Below are positions 18,783 to 29,234 of a DNA stretch of 64,000 bases, piece after piece. The notes below the pieces were generated by a model. The model was not told the DNA's origin and searched no databases. It saw only the letters and a list, made by a program, of their open reading frames with translations. A program made the translations under genes and the position numbers. This stretch comes from Sedimentisphaerales bacterium (lineage in GTDB: Bacteria > Planctomycetota > Phycisphaerae > Sedimentisphaerales > Anaerobacaceae), in assembly GCA_040772485.1 (NCBI GenBank), contig JAXGYC010000008.1, positions 480,001-544,000 of the forward strand, in the 5' to 3' direction. Numbering within the stretch: the first letter of the stretch is position 1; each line of letters begins with the position of its first letter.

Positions 18783-20138
18783 ATGAGTCAGCTTTCAGTG
18801 CAGCAGCCTCGAACGGTGCGGCCTGTCGCCTTGCTTGCGGCTGTTCTCGTGATGGCCTGGGTCTCGACCGCATGGAGCGGCATCAAGAAATATGAGGGCG
18901 ACCTGCCCACGATCGATCCGGCTTTCTCCGCGATCGCGCCCGAGAACCGCCCGCTGCTGTACGAACGACTCATCGCCGGCTACGGGCGGGACTACCTGTA
19001 CCGCATGGTGGCCAACGACGGTCGGAAGCTCTCTGACGGGATGGCCGTATACTACCTCCAGCGCGAGCTTCAGTCCCTCGTTGACATGTGGAGGGGAACC
19101 GGAAATCCGGCCTACCTCGACATGGCCAAGAGCCTGACCTTGCAGGCCATCGACGAAGCGGCCGCCCATCCCTTGCCCCTGGTCTGGCACGACGAGCCGC
19201 GCGGCGAATGGCCCTGTTTCTACCTCGGGACCGTCGCGGGCGAGACCGGCGGGCACAGTCAGCTCTGCGACTTCCAGGGCAGCGCCGGATTTCTGCTGGT
19301 CGCCCGCGCCCTGTCCGAGATTGCCGATCCCAACTGGCGTCCGATCGCCGATTTCGTCGAACGCGAGGTCATCGAGAAATGGCTCTACCACCAGCCCGCA
19401 ATCACCTCCGCAGACCTGGTCCGGCCCGATTCGTTTGCGATCGTCCTGAGAATCCTCAACGGCGCACGCGACGTTCGGGAGCATTTCGCCTGTCTGTGTC
19501 TCGACCTGGATGAGCTTGGGTATCGCACGTATGCCTACCCGACATGGGCCGAGCGCCTCATCGAGCTGTATCTGACGCCCCGCTACGATCCGAACGAACC
19601 GGCGCCGAACTTCGAGGGCATCGAGCGCGCGATCCCGGCCGACTGGGGCCTGTTCGTGCAGGTGGCCGAGGAAGGCTACGTCTGGTTGCTGATCCCGGAC
19701 TACGGAGCCGCTGCAGCGGACGCCGCCCTCGACACCTCGCACGCCAATCGAACGGCATGGCTGGCCTGCCGAGCGTACGCCAAGGGTCTCATCGACGAAG
19801 CGATCATGGACGGACTGATCAACACCCTCAAGTTCCGGATCTGGGCGCCTGCGAAGGGTCCGTTCTACTTCAACAACTACACCGACGGCAGTGACGGCAT
19901 GCTCGGTGCTCTGCAACCCGGCCGTGGAGGCAATGTCTGGTTCGGCTGGCACCGCCTGGCCTCTTTCGATCCTGATCTCGAAGCCCTGTTTCTGTCGCTT
20001 GCGTACGATCTGACCAACGGCGGTCCCAACCTGCCCGACGGCGCTCAGAACAAGATGATGCAAAACGCGCCGCTGTGCCTGGAGGCGTGGGGCACACGGC
20101 TGCTCGGTTCCAAAGGCCAGTTGTACAGTTTCCCGTAG
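18783..20138 (+). CDS. Exported hypothetical protein (probable alpha/alpha-barrel) inside the glycan locus
   Basis: Long ORF with host-like codon usage, signal peptide, Trp/Tyr/Asp-rich helical segments; no family recognised. Confidence 0.75.
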   Translation: MSQLSVQQPRTVRPVALLAAVLVMAWVSTAWSGIKKYEGDLPTIDPAFSAIAPENRPLLYERLIAGYGRDYLYRMVANDGRKLSDGMAVYYLQRELQSLVDMWRGTGNPAYLDMAKSLTLQAIDEAAAHPLPLVWHDEPRGEWPCFYLGTVAGETGGHSQLCDFQGSAGFLLVARALSEIADPNWRPIADFVEREVIEKWLYHQPAITSADLVRPDSFAIVLRILNGARDVREHFACLCLDLDELGYRTYAYPTWAERLIELYLTPRYDPNEPAPNFEGIERAIPADWGLFVQVAEEGYVWLLIPDYGAAAADAALDTSHANRTAWLACRAYAKGLIDEAIMDGLINTLKFRIWAPAKGPFYFNNYTDGSDGMLGALQPGRGGNVWFGWHRLASFDPDLEALFLSLAYDLTNGGPNLPDGAQNKMMQNAPLCLEAWGTRLLGSKGQLYSFP

Positions 20139-20169
20139 GCCGACACAGCGTTCACGGGGCGCCGATCAC

Positions 20170-21306
20170 TCAGGAAGATGAGCGGACGGCCTCGCTCCGG
20201 CCCGCACCCTTGGATATGCCGAACTCCTGGAAGACGTGGACGATGCGCTCGGCCGTCCGGCCGTCCCACAGCGCCGGGATCGTGCCTTCCTTCCATCGAC
20301 CCGACAGAATCCGGTCGGATTTCTCCGCAATCGTCCCCATGTCCACCAGCTCGTTCGTCCCCTGGGAAATGGTGATGGGCCGTTCGGTGTTCGGACGCAG
20401 GGTCAGGCACGGCAGTCTCAGGTAGGTCGTTTCTTCCTGAATGCCGCCGGAATCCGTCAGCACGAATCGCGCATTCTTCTGAAGCACGATGAATTCCCGA
20501 TACCGAACCGGCTCGATGATCCGAAGGTCACGCGCCAGCGCGATATCGATCCCAAACCGTTCGATGTTCTTGCGGGTCCTCGGATGCATCGGGAACACGA
20601 CAGGCAGCTTCTCCGACAGCCGGTTCAGGTAGACGAGGATCTGCCTGAGGCTCTCCGCTTCGTCCACGTTCGATGGACGGTGCAGCGTCACCAGAACGTA
20701 AGAACCTCGCTCCAGAGCAAGATCGCCAAGCGTCTGCGCCTCCTGGTCGGCGCTGACGCGCCCCAGGATTGTCACGAGTGAATCGATCATGATGTTGCCG
20801 ACGCAGCGCACCCGACCGTCCCGGGCGCCTTCGCGACGGAGGTTCTCGTCTCCGTCGATCGACGGCGTCAGCAGGAGGTCGGAAATCGCATCGGTCACGC
20901 GCCGGTTGATCTCCTCCGGCATCGTTTCGTCAAAGCTGCGCAGGCCCGCCTCGACGTGCGCGACGGGAACGAGCTGCTTCTTCGCGGTGAGGCTGCAGGC
21001 CACCGTCGAGTTGACGTCGCCGAAGACGACGACGAGGTCGGGACGCTCCTGAACGAGCACCTTCTCGAATTCGATCATGACCTTGGCCGTCTGCTCCGCG
21101 TGGCTGCCCGAGCCGACCCCGAGGTAATGATGAGACTCCGGAAGCTGCAAGTCCTCGAAGAAGGCCTGCGACATCGCGTAGTCGTAGTGCTGGCCCGTAT
21201 GAACGATGACCGGCTCAAATCCCTCGGCCCGCGTCAGTTCGAAATACAGCGGCGCCATCTTCATGAAATTCGGCCGGGCGCCGACGATCAGCAGTATCTT
21301 GGACAC
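20170..21306 (-). CDS. wecB: UDP-N-acetylglucosamine 2-epimerase (non-hydrolysing)
   Basis: VGARPNFMK, HTGQHYD, HVEAGLRS, MPEEINR, TDSGGIQEE. Confidence 0.95.
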   Translation of the reverse strand: MSKILLIVGARPNFMKMAPLYFELTRAEGFEPVIVHTGQHYDYAMSQAFFEDLQLPESHHYLGVGSGSHAEQTAKVMIEFEKVLVQERPDLVVVFGDVNSTVACSLTAKKQLVPVAHVEAGLRSFDETMPEEINRRVTDAISDLLLTPSIDGDENLRREGARDGRVRCVGNIMIDSLVTILGRVSADQEAQTLGDLALERGSYVLVTLHRPSNVDEAESLRQILVYLNRLSEKLPVVFPMHPRTRKNIERFGIDIALARDLRIIEPVRYREFIVLQKNARFVLTDSGGIQEETTYLRLPCLTLRPNTERPITISQGTNELVDMGTIAEKSDRILSGRWKEGTIPALWDGRTAERIVHVFQEFGISKGAGRSEAVRSSS

Positions 21307-22465
21307 AGTCCTGCCCTCCAGTGGTCCCGAGAAGAGTTTCGTACATGTGACAGAGTTTTTGGCTCTCGTTTTCCCAGTTGTACAACGTGCGGACGGCGGC
21401 AAGGCCGCGTTCGCCCATGGCCCGCGCCTCGTCCGGGCATTCGATCAGGTGCGTGATCGCTGCGGCGATGTCGTTCGGTCTGGATGGATCAACAATCAGG
21501 CCGCAGCGGTTCGGCTCGACCACTTCCCTGTACAACGGGAAATTCGACGCCACAACCGGCACGCCTACCAGCATATAGTCAAACAGCTTGTTCGGCAAGC
21601 AGCTCATGTTGTTGGCATAAGGCAAATACGTAATGATACCTATCGATGCCTGCGAGGTGAGTTTCTCCTTCTCCTCGTAGGGCACCCAGGGAAGAAAATC
21701 TACGTTGTTCTCGATGCCGCGCTGCTTGACCAATGTCTTCAGCTCGTCCTCGAAGGGGGCGGGCCTCGCCACGCCGACCAGGACCAGCCGCCAGTCCGGA
21801 TGTCTGGCGACCACCAGAGCGAACGCCTCGATCACCTCGACCAGGCCGCGGATGCGCGACATGGCGCCGATGTAGATGATCTTTTTCTGTGGGTCCTTCT
21901 CGAACGCATCGGACAGGGCGACGATCGGGTAGTTCTCGATCCGGCCGGACCGCACCTTCAGCTTCTGGTAGCGGGCGCCGACGAACGGGGTCGTGTAGAT
22001 CACCAGGTCGAAGAACCGCACCACCGCCCGCTCGAAGAGGTCGAACGACTTGCTTACGCAGCGTCGCAGGCCCTTCGAAATCCAGAACTTGTCGAGGATG
22101 CTGTTGGGGTAGTGCTCGTGTACGTCCCAAACCACCTTCTTGCCCCTCGCCTTCAGGAGCAGGCCGACGATCATCAGCTCGGGATCGTGGAAGTGGTACA
22201 CGTCCGCGTTCTCACGGACCGCCTGCCGGTATAGCTTCCACGTCACGCTCGTCATCCGATGGAAGCGGCTTCGCGGCTCGGGCACCGGAACGATGCGCAC
22301 GCCGTCAACGGTCTCGGTCCTGGTGTGCCGGGCGATCAGCACGACGTCATAGCCGGCTCTCGCCAGACTCTTCGCCTCCTTGTGGAAAATGCGCCCGTCG
22401 AACGGCACGTGAACCGTCGTCAACATGCACACCTTCGCTCGAACTGGCTTCGCTGCATCAGCCAT
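21215..22465 (-). CDS. Glycosyltransferase family 4
   Basis: RIFHKEAKSL, YHFHDPEL, DVHEHY, PNKLFDYMLVGVPVV. Confidence 0.9.
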   Translation of the reverse strand: MADAAKPVRAKVCMLTTVHVPFDGRIFHKEAKSLARAGYDVVLIARHTRTETVDGVRIVPVPEPRSRFHRMTSVTWKLYRQAVRENADVYHFHDPELMIVGLLLKARGKKVVWDVHEHYPNSILDKFWISKGLRRCVSKSFDLFERAVVRFFDLVIYTTPFVGARYQKLKVRSGRIENYPIVALSDAFEKDPQKKIIYIGAMSRIRGLVEVIEAFALVVARHPDWRLVLVGVARPAPFEDELKTLVKQRGIENNVDFLPWVPYEEKEKLTSQASIGIITYLPYANNMSCLPNKLFDYMLVGVPVVASNFPLYREVVEPNRCGLIVDPSRPNDIAAAITHLIECPDEARAMGERGLAAVRTLYNWENESQKLCHMYETLLGTTGGQDCVQDTADRRRPAEFHEDGAAVFRTDAGRGI

Positions 22466-23690
22466 TGCCGGTCCTTGCCCCTGATGCCAGCGACCACAGC
22501 GCATCGGCGAATGCCTTGGCGTTGCGGTCGGAGTCGAATACGTCACGCGCACGCGACAGTCCGTCCTGGCCCGCGGCGGCGCGAAACGCCGCATCGACGA
22601 GCATCCGCTCGATGGCGCTGCGCAGTTGCTCGACGTTCCGCGATTCAACGAGCAGCCCTGTCTGGCCGTCGATCACTGCCTCCGGCACGCCTCCCACGCG
22701 CGTCGCGACCACCGGCAGTCCGCAATCCATGGCCTCCAGAATCGCCTGGGGCATGCCCTCGCTGTGCGAAGGCAGAACCAGGAAATCGGCGCCTTGCAGA
22801 TAGTGCGGCACATCTTCCGGCGGGACACGCCCCGCCAGAAGGACCGCATCTTTGCGCGACACCCGTGCCGAAAGCTGCGCCAACACATTCCGCGAAGGGC
22901 CGTCGCCCACACACACCAGACGAAACTCCCTGTGCTCGTTCAGAAGAGGCTCGCAGGCCGCCGCCAAATCGTTGATTCCCTTCGTTTCGACCAGACCGCC
23001 GACATAGATGGCGACGATGCAATCCATCGGCCAGCCCAGCCGCTGGCGGACCTCCATCTTGTTCTGAGCCGGATAGAATTGCTCCGCGTCCCGGCCGAGA
23101 TACACGCACAGCGGCTCACGTCTGCACGCGTCCGTCTGGCTCAGTCTCGTGCACGTCGACTGACTTACGCCGACAGGCAGATCGACCTGCGCCAGCGTAT
23201 CACGCAACCGCTTCCACAGGACCGGCATCCGGTCCGGATAGACCATCACGTCGCTGCCGACCGCCAGAGACGCAACGGGCAGACCGAGCTTGCTGCCTAT
23301 GGTTACGGCCGCTTCCGCGTCCGGCAGCATCGAAACCCCAAAGACCACATCGAATGGCTCGGCCTGGTGCCATCGCTTCGCCTGCGCCATGGCGCTGAAC
23401 GCCAGCGATGTGCCCTCGAACCGCCGGAACCCAAATCCGGGCGGGCGGAGGTAACTGACCCGGCGCGCCCGCAGACCATCCGGCGCGGCCAGCGGATTAG
23501 CAGGACCATAGTCACGCCATCGCGAGGCGCGACACAGCGGCCAGGGGGCCCACGGCCGGCCCACGAGGAAGTCACATTCGATCCCGTGCCGGCGCAGGTG
23601 CCGAGCCTCGCGACACATGAAAATCCCGTGCCTTGGCGAGGTCGTGGTCGGGAACATGTGGCTAACCGTCAATATCCGGAGCTTCTTCAT
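22458..23690 (-). CDS. Glycosyltransferase family 4 (TuaC-like)
   Basis: VLPSHSEGMPQAILEAMDCGLPVVATRVGGVPE (EX7E). Confidence 0.9.
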   Translation of the reverse strand: MKKLRILTVSHMFPTTTSPRHGIFMCREARHLRRHGIECDFLVGRPWAPWPLCRASRWRDYGPANPLAAPDGLRARRVSYLRPPGFGFRRFEGTSLAFSAMAQAKRWHQAEPFDVVFGVSMLPDAEAAVTIGSKLGLPVASLAVGSDVMVYPDRMPVLWKRLRDTLAQVDLPVGVSQSTCTRLSQTDACRREPLCVYLGRDAEQFYPAQNKMEVRQRLGWPMDCIVAIYVGGLVETKGINDLAAACEPLLNEHREFRLVCVGDGPSRNVLAQLSARVSRKDAVLLAGRVPPEDVPHYLQGADFLVLPSHSEGMPQAILEAMDCGLPVVATRVGGVPEAVIDGQTGLLVESRNVEQLRSAIERMLVDAAFRAAAGQDGLSRARDVFDSDRNAKAFADALWSLASGARTGNG

Positions 23691-25101
23691 CCGTTTCGTC
23701 GCAGAATTCGTCGGGGTCGGCGTGCCACCAACTGAGACGTTCGGCCGCCAGCACGAACGCCAGGAAAACCCAATAGTACTTCGCGGACACCTGCTTGATG
23801 TTCAGGCCCATCACCAGCAGAAACGTCAGGACCGCCCGTGCGTACAGCTTCTCCAGGGTCAGAGGCATGCGTTTGACTGTGAGCATCAGCAGGACGACGA
23901 AGACGGCGAACAGGACCCCCGCCGGAACGCCGTATACACCGAGCGCAAAGAAGAAATCGTTGTGAGGCCAGATTACGCTGTCGGTCCGCTCGAACCAACT
24001 GAAGTAGCCCGTGCCCGCCGGTCGCGTGACGGCAGCCCCTACGGCTTTGCGGATCGGGGCCATGCGGATGTCGATGGCTTCTTTCGCACGCTGTACACTG
24101 GTCAACCGCGCGGAGACCGAGCTGTCCAAGCCCTGCTGCCGGACCAGAAGCCCCGTAGACAGAGACGCCATCAGGATGACGAGCACCAGCAGGGCCGCCA
24201 GCGCCGGTCGGCGCAGGACCTGTCGCACGAACAACAGCGGGCTCAGCACCGTGAACGCCAGCGCCACCAGACCGCCGCGCGATCCGATCCGAAGCATCAT
24301 GACGGGCAGGAACAGAATCGCCGCGAGATAAAGGACGCGCCACAGCAGGCTCCGGTCGCGGGCGAACAGATAGACCGCGCAGAGGAACGCCAGGGCCGTG
24401 AGGGCCGCGAGCATGTTGGCGTCGATCGCGCGTCCGAGCGTCGCGGCGTACCGCACGTCCCGCGTCTCGTGCGCCGCGCGAATCACTGCGCCCGTGCGGA
24501 CCGCCAGAACGATCGTGCCCAGCATCCCGATAACATATGAGCGCAACGCCCAGAGAAACGTGGTCTGGCGGTTCGTTTCGAGAATCCAGTAGGCGATCAC
24601 GACCAGTGCGACCAACTGGAATTGCGTGAAGGCCCGCATCACCTCCATCGCCAGGTATGGCTGCGGCAGGGACGCGACGAAGATCCACGCGCTCAGGCCC
24701 GCCGCGACCCACAGGGCCTTGTGCCGGATGCGCAAGCCCGGCCGGGTCAGCATCGCATTCAACAGGAAACTCGCCGCCGCCGCAATCCCCACACCACGAT
24801 CGAGACTGAACCCCTGGCCGAACCCCACACCGGCGCCGGTGGGAAGGACCAGCATGAGAATACACAGCGCGAACGTCGGCTTGATGAGCATGCCGCCAAA
24901 CGTGGGCAGCGCAATCACCAGCCCCCCAACGAGAGGATTCCTGCCCACAAAGGCGATCCCGGACCCGATCGCGCAGACGATCAGCCACACCGCCAGGAGC
25001 AACGTGTTCATGGCGGGCGGGAACAGGATGTCCGACGTCCGCTCCTCGGGCTCGGACAGCAAGCCTTCGTAGTCCACTTCTTCGAAGTAAGTCGCGTACA
25101 T
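23662..25101 (-). CDS. O-antigen ligase/polymerase (Wzy/WaaL-like)
   Basis: Many TM helices; DANMLA, GSRGG, HNDF motifs; context in glycan locus. Confidence 0.8.
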   Translation of the reverse strand: MYATYFEEVDYEGLLSEPEERTSDILFPPAMNTLLLAVWLIVCAIGSGIAFVGRNPLVGGLVIALPTFGGMLIKPTFALCILMLVLPTGAGVGFGQGFSLDRGVGIAAAASFLLNAMLTRPGLRIRHKALWVAAGLSAWIFVASLPQPYLAMEVMRAFTQFQLVALVVIAYWILETNRQTTFLWALRSYVIGMLGTIVLAVRTGAVIRAAHETRDVRYAATLGRAIDANMLAALTALAFLCAVYLFARDRSLLWRVLYLAAILFLPVMMLRIGSRGGLVALAFTVLSPLLFVRQVLRRPALAALLVLVILMASLSTGLLVRQQGLDSSVSARLTSVQRAKEAIDIRMAPIRKAVGAAVTRPAGTGYFSWFERTDSVIWPHNDFFFALGVYGVPAGVLFAVFVVLLMLTVKRMPLTLEKLYARAVLTFLLVMGLNIKQVSAKYYWVFLAFVLAAERLSWWHADPDEFCDETDEEAPDIDG

Positions 25102-25291
25102 AGGTAACACTGGCGGTGCGGCCGCACCGATGAAGCTCCGGCATCCGGGACCGGCGCCGTTCCGCGTCCGATCCCTGCCTGTTCTTTCGTTTCAAAAGAC
25201 GGGCGGCATGAGAGAGCGTGCCAAGAATCGACTCGTGCCCGCAGAGGCTTTCAGCTCGCGAGCATCCGGTTCCGATAACTCGACGGCTCGA

Positions 25292-26863
25292 TCACAATCC
25301 GTTGCCAACCGCCGATTCTGCTGAGCCGCGCCGCAGGACCGCAAGCAGCCGCCTGCGCTCTGCGGGGTCGATACTGAACAGCCAGGCGCACAGACACGTT
25401 ACAGCGCCCGAGGCAACAATCGCGCCCAGCAGCGCCGGCCACGAATCCGGCGGGAGGAGGACCTTCCAGGCAACGATCACTGCGACCGCCGGAAGGCTGC
25501 CCGCCAGTGCGGGCCGCCAGACGCACACAAGGCTCTCGCGCGTCGCGATCTTCATCCTCCGGTTGAAGTAGATCGGCACGACCAGACCCGACACGATCGC
25601 CATCGGAACGAAGCCGAACCAGGCGATTCCCTCAAGGCCCCAGCCCAGGGATTTGACGGCGAAGACCGAGCCGGCGATGCAGAGGATCGCGGTCACTGCG
25701 GCAAGGGCCCCGAAGACACCATGCTCGCCGCGACCGGTCAGGACCAGAAAGTTGCTGTGCTGCGCCAGCATCAGGCCGTGCCCTGCCGTCAGAACGGCCA
25801 GAACCGTTGCCAGCGAACCGACGACGGTCGGGTCTGAGAACTTCTCGCCCACCCAGACGCTGAGGAATTCGCGGCCCATGACGATCAGGAAGGCGCTGGC
25901 GGGGATCAGAACCAACAGGCTGTATTTCTGTGTCAGGAAGGCGATTTCCTTGACCTTGGCATGGTCGTCGCGGGTGTCCAGCTCGCTGACGGCCGGCTTG
26001 ATCGCGGCCGTGAAGGCCTGGAGCAACTGGCTCAACAGCAGCACGGCGGCGCTGGCGACGGCGAAGCGGCTGACCGCCGACGTGCCCAGGAAGATCCCCG
26101 CGATCAGGTCGCCTGCCTTGCAGACGATCAGGCCGCCCATCGCATAAAGGAACGTGTTCGTTCCATACGAGAGCATGTCCTTCAACAGGACCGGATCGAT
26201 GTTGCGGCGCGACAGGGACACTCCGGGCAGCAGCCGTCGGATGAACAGAGACTGAATCAGCCGCATGACGATCTCGCTCGTGCCGAACACGAGTCCCATC
26301 GTCAACAGGCCGTAACCGCAAAGCAGAAGGACGACCAGCAGAACGGTCCGCACCGCCAGGACTACCAGCGTCGCCATGTTGATGACATCGTACCTCTGCA
26401 GACCGCTGAGCACGGCGGTGGTCAACTGAAGCGGGCTGGCAAGCGCGAACGCAAGGCCCACCACGAGGACCAGCCGGCCGGCCACCTCGATCTGCTCGCG
26501 CTCGATAACAAACCAATCGCCGATCTTCGCGTAGAGCAGAACCGTCAGCAGCGCCAGCACGATCCCCAGGGCCGAGTAGAAGAACAGCGCCGTGCTGACG
26601 ACCTCTGAAATGCCCTGCTCGTCGCCCTTCGCCAGGCAGACAGGAATCTGCCGGTTGATCGCGCCGTTGAGCCCGAGGCTCAGCATGCCGCGATAGCGAA
26701 ACAGCGAGCCGACCAGCACCCACACGCCGTAGCGGGCCTCTCCCAGACGGCCCAGGAAGAACCGGATCAGGACAAAGCCGATCAACGCGTTACTGACGAG
26801 GGCCAGCAGGTTGAACAGCGTGTTGTGGATCAACCGCTTCGAGGTGGTGACAGGTTGTGCCAT
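25292..26863 (-). CDS. Oligosaccharide flippase (Wzx/MOP family)
   Basis: Polytopic membrane protein; LGEARYGVW, FLSVWVG motifs. Confidence 0.85.
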   Translation of the reverse strand: MAQPVTTSKRLIHNTLFNLLALVSNALIGFVLIRFFLGRLGEARYGVWVLVGSLFRYRGMLSLGLNGAINRQIPVCLAKGDEQGISEVVSTALFFYSALGIVLALLTVLLYAKIGDWFVIEREQIEVAGRLVLVVGLAFALASPLQLTTAVLSGLQRYDVINMATLVVLAVRTVLLVVLLLCGYGLLTMGLVFGTSEIVMRLIQSLFIRRLLPGVSLSRRNIDPVLLKDMLSYGTNTFLYAMGGLIVCKAGDLIAGIFLGTSAVSRFAVASAAVLLLSQLLQAFTAAIKPAVSELDTRDDHAKVKEIAFLTQKYSLLVLIPASAFLIVMGREFLSVWVGEKFSDPTVVGSLATVLAVLTAGHGLMLAQHSNFLVLTGRGEHGVFGALAAVTAILCIAGSVFAVKSLGWGLEGIAWFGFVPMAIVSGLVVPIYFNRRMKIATRESLVCVWRPALAGSLPAVAVIVAWKVLLPPDSWPALLGAIVASGAVTCLCAWLFSIDPAERRRLLAVLRRGSAESAVGNGL

Positions 26864-27671
26864 CGTCCTTTCTTGTCTTGTCCGCATGTTCGAGGCGCGA
26901 GACCTCGGATTTCCGTGCGATGCAGAACAGGTTTGCCGAGTCGAAGTATTTCGCATCCCACGCCATGCCTCTGGCGATTGCCGCATGAAGGGGCGCAACC
27001 CGGCCGACGAGCAGGTCCGCCATTCTCAACACGCGATGGAAGAGGCCGGCGCCGTCGAACTCAACGGCATCGAACCCGCTGCACCGCAGCAGGCGGGCCA
27101 GATGGGCTGCGGAGAAATGCTCGTGCCAGCGTTTAGTCGCCGAGACGTCGCCGATCAGGCCGTCGGCGTTGCGGAGGTACCGCGCGTCGTATTCCGCCTG
27201 CGAATGCGTCCGGCAGTAGTACCAGCGGTGCAGCCGGGGAAACCGAAATTTGAGATTGCCCATATCCAGGAACGAGAACACATGCCGACCGGGAACGGTG
27301 ACGACCAGCACGCCATCGTCCGACAGGACGCGGTGCAGCTCGTCCAGCAGCCCTTCCTGCTCGCCGACGTGTTCGAGAACGTCCATCAGCGTGATCGACG
27401 AGAACATCGCGTCCGGAAACGGCAGAGGCATGGCCCCGTCGATATGGATAATCTCCAGTCCGCCCGAGGCCTTCTGTGCCCGCTCGACCGCCTGACGGCT
27501 GACGTCGACGCCCACGAGGCACTTGATCCCTTTGGCCTTCAACGCCCGGAGGAATCGTCCGTCCCCGCAGCCGAAGTCCAGATGCGCCTCCCCGCCGGCG
27601 GGCACATGCTGCCATGCAAACGCGTAGCGGTCCCATTTGTACGGGTTGCCGGTTGTGAATCGTGTGCGCAT
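26790..27671 (-). CDS. Class I SAM-dependent methyltransferase
   Basis: LDFGCGDG, DVLEHV, LVVTVP. Confidence 0.88.
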   Translation of the reverse strand: MRTRFTTGNPYKWDRYAFAWQHVPAGGEAHLDFGCGDGRFLRALKAKGIKCLVGVDVSRQAVERAQKASGGLEIIHIDGAMPLPFPDAMFSSITLMDVLEHVGEQEGLLDELHRVLSDDGVLVVTVPGRHVFSFLDMGNLKFRFPRLHRWYYCRTHSQAEYDARYLRNADGLIGDVSATKRWHEHFSAAHLARLLRCSGFDAVEFDGAGLFHRVLRMADLLVGRVAPLHAAIARGMAWDAKYFDSANLFCIARKSEVSRLEHADKTRKDDGTTCHHLEAVDPQHAVQPAGPRQ

Positions 27672-27691
27672 ACGCTTGACTTGCCGGGTCC

Positions 27692-29206
27692 TCAGTCGAG
27701 CTTTGGCGGCGCGACGACCTGCCACAACGGACCGGCCCGGCGAAGGTCGTATTTGCCAAGCACAAACCGCGGCGCGTAACCCTGGCGGTCCGAGGTCACA
27801 TAGACCGGCCGGGAGGCCAAGAGTTGGTCGAACAACTCGGCATCGTACGGCGGCGCCCCCCTGCTGCGGATGATGCCCGTGACAACGTGCACATCGGGAC
27901 GCCGGCCCTCGACCTCCTGCACCAGCAGCAGCGGCGCCACGGTCGTCGTGTCGGCATAAATGAACGCATCGGGACCGGCCGCCCCCAGCGCATCGCGTGC
28001 GAACCGCTCAGCGCCGTCATCGCTCGTCTTCCACGGCCGCAGGAAATAGACGTAGTCGTCGCGGTACGCGATGTCGGCCCGCGTTCCGATGTCCAGACCC
28101 ATCCGGCGGGCCACCCCTGGCGCCGCCGCATACACCGCTGGAGGCAGCAGTGCGAGGGCCACGATGAGCATCGCAGTCGCCCGGCGAGGCACGCGTTCTT
28201 GAATGCGATGCGCGCCCAGACCGATAATCGCCGATGTCACGGCGTAGAACGGGATGAAGAAGGCGTAGCGGTCGGAGACGGTGTAGCGAAACGCAAAGAC
28301 GAAGAACAGCACGAGCAACGCCGCGAGAATGGAACGGAACAGCGGGACGGACCGTATCTTGCACAGCGCTGCGCAACCAATGACAAGCAGCAGCGCGTTC
28401 GGAGTAGGAAAGTTCAGCATGATCAGGAGGACGTTCTCCCTGACGAGCGTCCACGACAAGGCCGCGTTGAGCACATCCGCTTGCCAGCGATCCCCGAACG
28501 CGGCGGAAGCGAGCGTAGCGAGGATCTGGCCGCTATGGATCATCCGCCGGACGATCAGATACTCGTAGGGCAACGCGCCGAGAATCCACAGCAGAGCCAC
28601 GATCGCAACATCCCTTGCGCGCACGCGTCTTCGCACCAGCAGAACAACCATGAACACGGCGTAACAGACCAGCGGAAGGACCGCGAGCATGTGCACCGAG
28701 ACAGCCAAGCCATTGACCAGACCCAGGGCGTAGAGATATCGCGTTTGGCCCGTGCGGCCATATTGCAGCAGCACGACCAGCTCGCCCAGAAACAGCGCCG
28801 TCCACAGCGTGTACGTCTCCGCGATGCTCGCGTGCTGCCAGAACGTGTGCGACAGCGCCAGCGTCAACGCCGCGACAAGGGCGGGGAATTCCTTGCCCGC
28901 CCAGAGCCGCACGAGCAGGTACAGATTCGCCACCGCCACCGCCCCGGCGAAGGCCGAGACCAGGTTAACCCTGTGGGCAAACGAACCGAGCGGGATGTAC
29001 TTGGCGGCGATGGCCACGAGATAGAACAGCGGATGCGCGATCGCCAGTCCGAGAAATCCTTCGATATCGTTGTGCCAGACGCGAAGTTGAATCAATCCGC
29101 TGTCCTGCCACAGCGCCCCCGGCGCGCAACTGATCCCATACAGGACCCCTGCCCCGAGGAGCACGACAAGATACACGATCCCTATGCGCGTGGTTGTCTT
29201 GGGCAT
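27692..29206 (-). CDS. DUF2723 / GT-C-fold membrane glycosyltransferase
   Basis: WQDSG, IAHP, HRVNLVSA, FWQHASIAETY motifs in a polytopic protein. Confidence 0.75.
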   Translation of the reverse strand: MPKTTTRIGIVYLVVLLGAGVLYGISCAPGALWQDSGLIQLRVWHNDIEGFLGLAIAHPLFYLVAIAAKYIPLGSFAHRVNLVSAFAGAVAVANLYLLVRLWAGKEFPALVAALTLALSHTFWQHASIAETYTLWTALFLGELVVLLQYGRTGQTRYLYALGLVNGLAVSVHMLAVLPLVCYAVFMVVLLVRRRVRARDVAIVALLWILGALPYEYLIVRRMIHSGQILATLASAAFGDRWQADVLNAALSWTLVRENVLLIMLNFPTPNALLLVIGCAALCKIRSVPLFRSILAALLVLFFVFAFRYTVSDRYAFFIPFYAVTSAIIGLGAHRIQERVPRRATAMLIVALALLPPAVYAAAPGVARRMGLDIGTRADIAYRDDYVYFLRPWKTSDDGAERFARDALGAAGPDAFIYADTTTVAPLLLVQEVEGRRPDVHVVTGIIRSRGAPPYDAELFDQLLASRPVYVTSDRQGYAPRFVLGKYDLRRAGPLWQVVAPPKLD

Positions 29207-29234
29207 GAATGTGATGTGCGAATTGCGTTCGGCG

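Noticed and set aside
21215..21306. Long same-strand overlaps in the glycan locus (also 26790-26863)
   Set aside because: Most simply non-conserved C-terminal run-ons in a GC-rich genome; no sign of dual coding function.
25203..25223. Possible sigma54 promoter upstream of the polymerase/ligase gene
   Set aside because: -24 TGGCACG present but the -12 position reads CTCAT instead of TTGC.
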